DNA of 64,000 nucleotides from Eubacteriales bacterium (GTDB lineage Bacteria; Bacillota; Clostridia; Oscillospirales; CAG-272): NCBI GenBank assembly GCA_045580775.1, contig JAZNOK010000100.1, positions 216 to 64,215 of the forward strand, read 5' to 3'. Shown piece by piece: positions 57,601 to 64,000 of this stretch (position 1 is its first letter; each line of letters starts with the position of its first letter). The notes under the pieces were generated by a model. It saw only the letters and a program-made list of their open reading frames with translations, ran no database searches and was not told where the DNA came from. The position numbers and the translations under genes were made by a program.

Positions 57601-59409
57601 CACAACGGAGCTGTATACGTCAATACAGGTATCATCTCGATGAATGCTGACTTTAACTCGGATGATATAACAGACAATGCATCGACCGGATATATAGCGA
57701 AGGACGATGTACAAATGACGCTCAAGGATGGACTTCTTTCTACTACCGTAGACGGAGCTTTGTATACTGCACCTTCGGGCACAACGGTAGACAACGGTTA
57801 TACATCCGGCAATGATACTCACAGCTCTACCGTTCAGGGTGACTATCTGCCTACTCCCGAGTTTGCTCTTGGGGATCAGACCTTAGCTAAGGATGGAGAC
57901 GACGATACACGCTACATTATCGGTGATATAAACGGCATCGAGGCTCTGTATCAGAGTGGAGATGCACCGCTGACCCTTGATCTGACAAAGCTCATGAAGG
58001 TATATAAGTACAGCGGAATATACTACACCGTTAGTGCTGTATGCAAAGATGAAAACGGAAATGCCCTCACCGCGACAAACGGTGTCGTTACACTATCCGA
58101 GTCAGGTAACTATACTCTTGTATTTACGGTAGATGATAATATCTTCTACGGGCCTGACGGAAGCAAGACTGCAAAGAGCGTTACCAGAACATACGAGGTT
58201 CCGCTCACACTCTCGGTCAAACAGGCAGCTATTCCCGATGCCACCATCACTGTAAGTTCCTCTGATATTACAGGAGACTATGTTTCGTCAGGAACGGATA
58301 AAAAATACAAATTCTATCCTATGAAGGCAATTACGAGCATCACTGATGCAGGCAACAGCTTCAGCTTCAAGAGTAACATCGCAAGCACAAGCATCAGCTA
58401 CTCCAGCACAGACAATGCCTTTGCAGGCAGCACTACCATTACCGTTACTTATACCACGGGACAGGTACTGACGATCACTCTCGGAACTCCCTCAGGCCTC
58501 AATTCTCCTTCTGCTTCAAACGGAGGAAAGACTCTTGGTATAACTACCGATTCTACTAATGGTATCGTTGTAACATCCGACGGAAAGATCGGCAGCAGCA
58601 GTGCTGTTACGGGAACATGGCCTATCACGGGCTGGTCGTTCAAGGGAGAGAACCAGTCTACTGTTACAAACAGTACAAAGGTAAATATCGCATTTACAAA
58701 GCCTGAGTCATGTATTACCCCGGATACGCTCGTTATGTTGGCTGACGGAACCGAGAAGAGAGTTGATGCTCTCACAGGAGAAGAAATGCTCCTCGTATGG
58801 AACCATGAAACAGGAAGAATGGATGTGGCTCCCATCGCCTACATTGTAAATCACGACCGTGAGATGGCTGAACATGAGGTAATTTACCTCTATTTCTCGG
58901 ATGGAAAGACTATCAAGATAATCGGCGAGCACGTATTCTACAATGCTACTCTGGGCAAATATATGCCTCTCGATACGAACGCTGAGGAGTATATAGGACA
59001 TAAGTTCCTTGTACTCTCTGATGATGCGAGCGGTGTTGCGGCGGCAGAACTCGTAAAGGTAGAAAAGCAGGTGGTTCTCACTGAGGCATACGAGGTAGTA
59101 TCGTACAAGCACCTCACATGCTTTACCGACGGTATTTTGTCTACATCCGCATACCTTGACAAGCTGCTCAACGTATTTGATATTGATAAGGATTCATACA
59201 GCTATACACCTGACAAGATAGCAGAAGATATCGCGACCTACGGACTGTATACATACGCTGACTTTGAGGATATCATAACCGAGGAAGCGTTTGAGCTGTA
59301 CAATGCGGCATATCTCAAGATCGCAGTAGGAAAGGGATATATCACGTGGGACGATATACTTGAGCTTGTTGATATCTACTTTAACGTTGGAGTAACTCCC
59401 ATTCAGTAA
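54700..59409 (+). CDS. Giant (1569 aa) secreted adhesin-like protein: Sec signal, GLUG-like beta-helix, four tandem Ig-like domains, long beta-rich region, C-terminal Hint autoprocessing domain and an 86-aa tail
   Basis: Signal MNRTKRSLLFIVLSLLVFASVAMTSAVSA|ADH. The beta-helix region shows EASPYLIADGDDLAYF..FDGNGNTISNIYQNT..GLFGHL. Repeats carry EPDPVVKF..ITDNDYC. The Hint domain begins at Cys1338 (CITPDTLVMLADGTEKRV). No TM or sorting signal is present. Confidence 0.85.
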   Translation: MNRTKRSLLFIVLSLLVFASVAMTSAVSAADHTSVWQGGVSDMLSGEGTEASPYLIADGDDLAYFGKCVAEGESFSGKYVKLLADIDMGADGVLVDGKLQFYPIGYDAQSSYFDSDRVFSGVFDGNGNTISNIYQNTSMMNGVYNGTDYSAAMGLFGHLKDATVKNLVIDGFTAVGEYTDIGCVAAYASGSCTFENIAVINCDIHTKEAAAAGIVGWDKGGYSASFESNFSFSNITIDSSNTIGAVEGDSGCFVGGVMGYLGTYSSSAMTNCHVASSLDVNSYADGQYLYSGMAIGTVDSHKVSADSILPNLDNVSASDCTVYLSDGAFDQLFAGYGWAVDGVSVGEFDGISVLDRNTADSVYKFSVSENVADSYLMGTVITMGELFYAVDNADVAIDYDNIQITVSPVGEGNAQASLITDASDWTQGSVALSGVGDIKITITDYYFCKNTSVIISVVEPDPVVKFEGTDKTVLIGTTLKVSDIFAAIADADIDTDNITITVTTVDGENVATIGDADVWSEKTLSFGGVGVYEFSITDNDYCIATTATVTVYEPDPVVKFAGEDKTVIIGTTIKVGEILFAKADVDIDTDNITITAATVEGDGTATVGDADIWSNKVLSFSGVGKYEITITDNDYCTPTTATVTVYEPDPVVKFDVKLPNVDKYLYRVGNGNTVALGTLFTAVNGTSIDASGLSVTIEAVDGGMSVGGTFTSNSDWTKATVKMNGTGVVKLTITDNDYCIATVLYLEVVNGNNITSASGSIDGTDVVLMSNVKVASGGNANYFNCTVYGNGFTFDVSGGMNMYNSKQGHGIIIIKNATLDNIVIIGDVYDTYGAYSTQEDYTAAIDATGSIIQNCYIANCATPIRGNGVTLTDTTLYGGTVANLILSGSTNTLSNVVTVNYNDGRGILGLGILISDGAADNTKLVLNGTLKQYNYICENDISAVPGEYAPQIFNVMFEDTYSAYHINHNGAVYVNTGIISMNADFNSDDITDNASTGYIAKDDVQMTLKDGLLSTTVDGALYTAPSGTTVDNGYTSGNDTHSSTVQGDYLPTPEFALGDQTLAKDGDDDTRYIIGDINGIEALYQSGDAPLTLDLTKLMKVYKYSGIYYTVSAVCKDENGNALTATNGVVTLSESGNYTLVFTVDDNIFYGPDGSKTAKSVTRTYEVPLTLSVKQAAIPDATITVSSSDITGDYVSSGTDKKYKFYPMKAITSITDAGNSFSFKSNIASTSISYSSTDNAFAGSTTITVTYTTGQVLTITLGTPSGLNSPSASNGGKTLGITTDSTNGIVVTSDGKIGSSSAVTGTWPITGWSFKGENQSTVTNSTKVNIAFTKPESCITPDTLVMLADGTEKRVDALTGEEMLLVWNHETGRMDVAPIAYIVNHDREMAEHEVIYLYFSDGKTIKIIGEHVFYNATLGKYMPLDTNAEEYIGHKFLVLSDDASGVAAAELVKVEKQVVLTEAYEVVSYKHLTCFTDGILSTSAYLDKLLNVFDIDKDSYSYTPDKIAEDIATYGLYTYADFEDIITEEAFELYNAAYLKIAVGKGYITWDDILELVDIYFNVGVTPIQ
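55780..56946 (+). repeat. Four tandem Ig-like domain repeats (282-nt period for the central copies)
   Basis: Unit boundaries GAGCCTGATCC fall at 56074, 56356 and 56638. Central copies are about 70% identical at the protein level by eye. The ITD[NY][DY]YC motif near each unit end is conserved. One homologous unit lies in the previous gene (about 51194..51487). Confidence 0.85.
58711..59149 (+). other. Hint (Hedgehog/intein-like, bacterial intein-like) domain
   Basis: Block A is C-ITPDTLVMLADGTEKRV. The central block is TIKIIGEHVFYN. The terminal block AYEVVSYKHLTCFTDGILSTS aligns to the intein pattern VYDL.V...HNF.A.GILVHN, but ends TS rather than HN. Confidence 0.75.
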
Positions 59410-59432
59410 TAATTAAATTCTAATGATCGCCC

Positions 59433-59493
59433 CCAAACCCTCATGCGAGGGTTTGGAGGCAATCCGACCGCATAAAAGCTTTTGTGCGGCCGG
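59433..59493 (+). other. Paired-hairpin intergenic element (copy 4)
   Basis: Hairpin A is ccaaaccctc / gagggtttgg (59433..59456). The linker is aGGCAAt. Hairpin B is ccgaccgcataaaag / cttttgtgcggccgg (59464..59493, with one mismatch and one G-U pair). Confidence 0.65.
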
Positions 59494-59567
59494 GTTGCCT
59501 TGTAAAAAAACTCTTGATACACAGACGCAATGAAATACAAGAAAAACTACAAGAAGGAGGTGCTGGC

Positions 59568-60665
59568 ATGCGAGGGGTGTACTATGAATATTTTTATATC
59601 CCGAAGGACGGCAAGGGGAAGATACGCGAGAAAGTCTTTTTGACACGTATGGCAGTGACATGCCTCTTTATGGTGTTGTGCCTTGTGTTGCTTGCGGTTA
59701 TGGCATACGCTCATTTCTCGAGCGATGTTATGACTGATGACACAGTTATCCAGACCTCCAAGTATGATCTCGATTGGAGGATCACTACAAACAAAGAGCA
59801 AACAGTCAATGGAAAAATAGTTTGCACTGAGGAGGAGCAATTCCCGAAGGAATATGACATAACCGTGTCTCTCGGAGCTGAGAATACGGCTTCTACCGGA
59901 TTTTGCATAATAGATGTGTATGAATATTCATCCACGCTCACGGCAGAACAGGATGCGTTTCCTGTGCTCACATATCACACAGTTCAGATAGGAAATGACA
60001 AGCTCGCCGAGAACGGGAAGAGAGAGAGCATCTCTTTTAAGCTGTCGCTTACCTTCCCATGTGTCGTTACATTTACGCCTAATTGGGGAACATCAGGAAA
60101 CTACAATTATGACAATGGCAATTCCGATGAGTATATAGAGGATGCAGAGACGGTCTCAGTCGAGATGAAGATCACACAGGCGGAGGGCGAGGGAGAAAAA
60201 TACGATAGTCCGAACACATCCGCGGTCGATACATCTGATGTAATACCGACTCCCTCTGACTCTGACAAAAAAGAGCCTGTCGGAGCGTATGATGATCCGC
60301 CCGCAACAACCGATGTTACAGAGACTGTATCTGTGCCGAATACCGAACCGACACCGATACCGGAGTCTACCGCACCGGCACAAACAGAGGCTGTGACAAC
60401 GCCTGATATACAGACGGCGGATACTCAGTCTCCCGATACAACGACCGTGCCTGTGATGCCGACGGATACGTCATCTCCCGATACAACATCACAAAATACC
60501 GATCCGGCGTCTACGGAGGAGGCTGATCCTACCGAAACGACACCTCCGAATGCAACTCAGAGTCCGCCGGAAGATACAGTCACCGAACCGCCGACTGTCG
60601 GAACACAAGCACCTGTCGCGGATACACTATCTCCCGATAGCTCTGCCGATACAATAGTGACGTGA
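59568..60665 (+). CDS. Membrane-anchored/secreted protein with a degenerate SipW-class signal and a Thr/Pro-rich C-terminal region
   Basis: The ATG at 59568 follows gaaggaggtg. A ~30-aa cytoplasmic N-terminus precedes the TM segment CLFMVLCLVLLAVMAYAHFSSDV. A ~190-aa globular part follows. The final ~130 aa are T/P/D/S-rich (..TEPTPIPESTAPAQTEAVTTPD..). Confidence 0.7.
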   Translation: MRGVYYEYFYIPKDGKGKIREKVFLTRMAVTCLFMVLCLVLLAVMAYAHFSSDVMTDDTVIQTSKYDLDWRITTNKEQTVNGKIVCTEEEQFPKEYDITVSLGAENTASTGFCIIDVYEYSSTLTAEQDAFPVLTYHTVQIGNDKLAENGKRESISFKLSLTFPCVVTFTPNWGTSGNYNYDNGNSDEYIEDAETVSVEMKITQAEGEGEKYDSPNTSAVDTSDVIPTPSDSDKKEPVGAYDDPPATTDVTETVSVPNTEPTPIPESTAPAQTEAVTTPDIQTADTQSPDTTTVPVMPTDTSSPDTTSQNTDPASTEEADPTETTPPNATQSPPEDTVTEPPTVGTQAPVADTLSPDSSADTIVT

Positions 60666-60831
60666 CTTTTGATATCCGTGCGATGTCCGGTTTTTACTTG
60701 AAAACACGGCACGCCCGGAAGAAAACCACGGCGGCAAGCTTGATTTGTGCGGCAGTATTGCTGTTATATTGACGCTTGCATTGACGGATCGTGAGACATT
60801 CAGATCGCTTTTTTAGATAACAAATAACGTA

Positions 60832-60866
60832 GCGGCACCATCCGAACGGAGGGTGCCGCATTTTAT
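60832..60866. terminator. Intrinsic terminator closing the fibre locus (shared with the convergent gene)
   Basis: Stem gcggcacc(a)tcc / gga(g)ggtgccgc with a gaac loop, then attttat. Confidence 0.7.
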
Positions 60867-60877
60867 ATAGCTCAAGT

Positions 60878-62206
60878 TTAGCTGTGCGTGTCAGCTTTTT
60901 TGCTTTTTAGAGAATGCATTGAAGGACCTTCTATCAGTTTCCCTGATGAAGTGAAGCGTGAACCGTGGCATGGACAGTCCCAGGAATGCTCGGCTCTGTT
61001 ATATTTCAAAGCACACCCCAAGTGAGGACATCGGGGAACTGTGGGAGTGAGTAGGTTGATAGCCGATTCGACGGCGTTTACGGCGAGCTGTGGATGCAGC
61101 ATGCTTCTTGAGGGGGAGAGCAGCGAAGCGTAATCACTCTGCTTTCCCAATATCAACTCTGAGAGGAGCATGGCTGAAACCATAGATGAGCTCATGCCCC
61201 ATTTGTTGAATCCTGTCGCTACATACATGTTTCGGGTGCTTTTAGAATACCGTCCGACATAGGGCATCTTATCTAAAGTCATACAGTCTTGCGTTGCCCA
61301 TTTTCCTATCAGATCGGCTGTAGGATAATGGATATGAGCAAATTCCTCCAGCTCCTGATAAGATCCCCCCGGCTTTCCTGTACGGTGCGAACCTCCTCCG
61401 AGCAACAGAACACTGCCGTAGTTTCGAAATGACAGTCCTTTTTCGTTTTCATCTACGTACATGCCATCAGGCAATTTGCATCCGTCAAGTGCAAGTACAT
61501 ACGAACGATGCTGGTACATCTTCAGAAAGTATGCTCCGTGTTTATTTATAAGGGGGAAGTGTGTTGCGATGACAACCGCTCTGTATCTGATCTCTGCTCT
61601 GTCTGTAATAGCTTTGTTATGCCCAAGGATGCGTAGAGGTGTGTTTTCATATACTGTCAGACCTTCTGCAAGTCCAAAAGCAAGCTTGAGTGGATTTATC
61701 TGAGCCTGGTCTTTGACCATTACAGCACCTGCCGTTTTGATCGGCAGATCTACCTCCTCGCAAAAGCACGCACCAACTCCAAGACTGTTCAGTGCTGCTG
61801 TTTCTTCTTCAAGCTTGCGGCGGTCTGATAGCGAATAAACATAGGATGCTTTGTTTTCCCAATCACACCGGATCTCTCGGCTGAGCACAGAATACTGCTC
61901 GCATGCTTTCTTCTGTATATCGAGATACATGCCTGCTTTCTCTTTGCCAATGCTTTCTATCAGCCTTTCATATATCAGCCCGTGCTGAAATGTTACTTTA
62001 GCTGTGGTTTTGGCAGTTGTACCACCGCATAGTCTTCCTGCTTCTATCAGTACACAGTCCACCCCTGCACGTTTGAGCATATATGCACACAGTATTCCCG
62101 CCATACCGCCTCCGACCACCAGCACATCCGTGATGATATTCTCTTGCAGAGGATTTCGCATTATCCGCTTCTTTTCATCATACCATATCTGTTGCGTAAT
62201 TATCAC
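60878..62206 (-). CDS. FAD-dependent oxidoreductase with C-terminal Rieske [2Fe-2S] domain
   Basis: Dinucleotide-binding motif VLVVGGGMAGILCAY. Rieske motifs CPHLGC and CPCHGSRF. The start may be the ATG at 62161. Confidence 0.85.
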   Translation of the reverse strand: MIITQQIWYDEKKRIMRNPLQENIITDVLVVGGGMAGILCAYMLKRAGVDCVLIEAGRLCGGTTAKTTAKVTFQHGLIYERLIESIGKEKAGMYLDIQKKACEQYSVLSREIRCDWENKASYVYSLSDRRKLEEETAALNSLGVGACFCEEVDLPIKTAGAVMVKDQAQINPLKLAFGLAEGLTVYENTPLRILGHNKAITDRAEIRYRAVVIATHFPLINKHGAYFLKMYQHRSYVLALDGCKLPDGMYVDENEKGLSFRNYGSVLLLGGGSHRTGKPGGSYQELEEFAHIHYPTADLIGKWATQDCMTLDKMPYVGRYSKSTRNMYVATGFNKWGMSSSMVSAMLLSELILGKQSDYASLLSPSRSMLHPQLAVNAVESAINLLTPTVPRCPHLGCALKYNRAEHSWDCPCHGSRFTSSGKLIEGPSMHSLKSKKADTHS

Positions 62207-62415
62207 ATCCTTACATTGAGTATTATTTACAACGGAAAGGTATTTTATTTACGTTATCACAGTTAGCTTTTTAGAATTGTTTATTGCTGTATGATAGTGA
62301 TTTAAAAAACTTGTGTTTCATGAGAAAGGGGGTTGAGAAAAGAGGAAATTAATGATAAAATAAAAGTGCAACTTACAAATCAAGTATATTTCGTGTGTTT
62401 TTGCGGTGGGTGTGT

Positions 62416-63186
62416 ATGAATAAACATCTTCAGAATTTAAAAAAGCTTGAATTTGTCATTACTTATTCATGCACAGGGCGGTGCCGTCATTGCTCAGAGG
62501 GAGGGCGTGTCTCCGGTGCTGAGCATATAGATCCCGTCTTTGCGGCTGATGCGGTAATAAGGATCGCGGCAGAGTATAGGATAAATGAGGTCATGACCTT
62601 TGGAGGTGAGCCGTTGCTCTACCCTCAGGCGGTGTTCGGTATTCACCGTGCCGCTCGTGATGCAGGTGTAGATAGGCGTGTTGTTATTACAAACGGTTAC
62701 TTTACAAAGGACGCAGATCACTTGGCTTATGTGGCTGACGGCCTTTCCGAGTGCGGGGTCAATGATATTCTTTTGTCGGTAGATGCATTCCACCAAGAGA
62801 CGATACCTGTTGATGCGGTAAGGAACTTTGCTTCTATGATACAAAGCAGAGACATTCCCATCAGAGTGCAGCCTGCATGGTTGGTCAGCTCCGATCATGA
62901 CAATCCGTATAACAATAAAACGAGAGAGCTTCTACGCAGCTTTCACGGTATGGGTATCCGGGAAAATGAGGGAAATGTGGTATTTTGTGAGGGCAATGCA
63001 AAAAAGTATCTCAGCGAGTATTTTATTCATACCTCACTCAAAAACCCGTACATAGAGGACCCGAGAGATCTGCGGTGTTTGTCATTCGGTCCGGGTGGAG
63101 AGTTGTTTGGCAGTAATATTTACAGTAAGGATGTAATGGACATTTTGTGTGAGTACAAGGCATCGGATACCGATGTCTCCATATAA
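62416..63186 (+). CDS. Radical SAM domain protein
   Basis: CTGRCRHCS (CxxxCxxC) at residues ~20-28, followed by ..FGGEPLLYP... The start is at the ATG 62416. Confidence 0.75.
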   Translation: MNKHLQNLKKLEFVITYSCTGRCRHCSEGGRVSGAEHIDPVFAADAVIRIAAEYRINEVMTFGGEPLLYPQAVFGIHRAARDAGVDRRVVITNGYFTKDADHLAYVADGLSECGVNDILLSVDAFHQETIPVDAVRNFASMIQSRDIPIRVQPAWLVSSDHDNPYNNKTRELLRSFHGMGIRENEGNVVFCEGNAKKYLSEYFIHTSLKNPYIEDPRDLRCLSFGPGGELFGSNIYSKDVMDILCEYKASDTDVSI

Positions 63187-63207
63187 ATCAAAAAAAGGAG
63201 CATTATC

Positions 63208-63702
63208 ATGAGCAAAGTAAAAAATGACCCTAAGTATAAAAACGGACTTCTTCAGGCAATTCGTGCACAGCTCGAGCATAGAGCTTTTTGGCTGTATCTG
63301 CTTTGCGATGAGGCAAGAAAGAGGGGACTTGATCCACGCGATTTTGGAAGTGCCGCTGTCAGACGCTGCGGTCTGTCACAGGGCAAAGATCTTGTGGGAA
63401 AGGGAAAAACCGACAGTCTAAAGGGGTTGAGAAAGACTCTCTTTACAAAGCCCGCACAGCTGGTATTTGAGATGAAGATACTTGAGTGCTCAGATGACAA
63501 GCTTTCGATAGATTTTCATTACTGTCCGCTTGTCAAAGCGTGGCAGAAGGCAGGATGTTCTGATGAAGATATAGCGATGCTGTGTGATATAGCGATGTGC
63601 GGAGACCATGGAATAGGCGAGTCCTACTCCGCTGTACTTGACCTTCCGAAGTGTATCGCCAAGGGAGACGAAATGTGCTGTCTGCGTTACCGCAAAAAGT
63701 GA
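63208..63702 (+). CDS. L-2-amino-thiazoline-4-carboxylic acid hydrolase-like (ATC_hydrolase family) protein
   Basis: The Cys-rich C-terminal pattern ..YCPLVKAWQKAGCSDEDIAMLCDIAMCGDHG..DEMCCLRY matches my memory of this family. An aaggag RBS is present. Confidence 0.55.
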   Translation: MSKVKNDPKYKNGLLQAIRAQLEHRAFWLYLLCDEARKRGLDPRDFGSAAVRRCGLSQGKDLVGKGKTDSLKGLRKTLFTKPAQLVFEMKILECSDDKLSIDFHYCPLVKAWQKAGCSDEDIAMLCDIAMCGDHGIGESYSAVLDLPKCIAKGDEMCCLRYRKK

Positions 63703-64000
63703 ACAGCACCGATCAAGAATAATAAAAAAACAGGCTGTCTCAAAAGCGTTTGCAACCGTATTTTGGACAACCTGTTTAATTGTATCACGAAAAAAACAAT
63801 GCTCACTATTGTGACGTTTTTTTGCAAGAAGCAGGGGCGTATTCGTAACGCAAAATCCCATTTGCAGTAAACGAAGAAAAGACATCAAATAGATTTTTGC
63901 TCCAACAATTGCCCTTTATGGATTTTTGTAGTATAATACCAATATTAGGGCATAATTCATGTATTTTACTTTATCTATGGGAGGTGAACACATTGTCATC

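Noticed and set aside
58711-59149. Whether the Hint domain is a true (mini-)intein.
   Set aside because: There is no terminal His-Asn, no +1 Cys/Ser/Thr extein context of a conserved host protein and no endonuclease domain. Only a short tail follows. It fits a Hedgehog/BIL-type autoprocessing domain better than a splicing intein.
1-64000. A search by eye for CRISPR arrays, tRNA/rRNA genes, transposases, integrases, phage genes and known defence-system hallmarks.
   Set aside because: No regularly spaced direct repeats, tRNA-like cloverleaf candidates or recombinase or defence motifs were recognised. The only toxin-like gene is mazF. Short or highly divergent elements could have been missed without computational scans.
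63992-64000. A possible gene start (TTG after gggaggtg) at the right edge of the window.
   Set aside because: Only three codons are visible, which is too little to support a call.

Overview
This 64-kb chromosomal window comes from a moderate-GC Firmicute. Gene content and signals look Clostridia-like, but that is inference only. No rRNA, tRNA, CRISPR array, transposase or integrase was recognised. From 0 to 40.4 kb the content is mostly housekeeping or ordinary accessory genes. These include two convergent beta-helix surface proteins, three AI-2E family transporters, RNase P RNA (rnpB), three AraC regulators, DegV, and a lone RnfC/RnfD-like fusion protein. There is also a BNR glycosidase plus a solute-binding lipoprotein, then ruvAB, ispE, nadBC, an asymmetric heterodimeric ABC exporter, and a mazF with no visible antitoxin. 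The remainder is dapAB behind a lysine riboswitch, metG-tatD-radical SAM, bioY-birA with a bioO-like operator, and a DAHP synthase. The standout is 40.6-60.9 kb: eleven co-oriented + strand genes behind one predicted sigmaA promoter. They encode two SipW-type signal peptidases and seven proteins (186 to 2006 aa) carrying the SipW-cognate TasA/camelysin-class N-terminus (..A-W/Y-F-T/Q-D..). The other two are a TasA-fold-like protein with a (S/P)PxTG-type wall-sorting signal and a 1569-aa adhesin ending in a Hedgehog/intein (Hint) autoprocessing domain. Recurrent paired-hairpin elements follow the large genes. I interpret this as an expanded, probably heteropolymeric TasA-type fibre/adhesin system whose architecture I do not recognise as described. 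All family assignments come from reading motifs by eye, and no searches were run. Non-ORF coordinates may be off by 1-2 nt.
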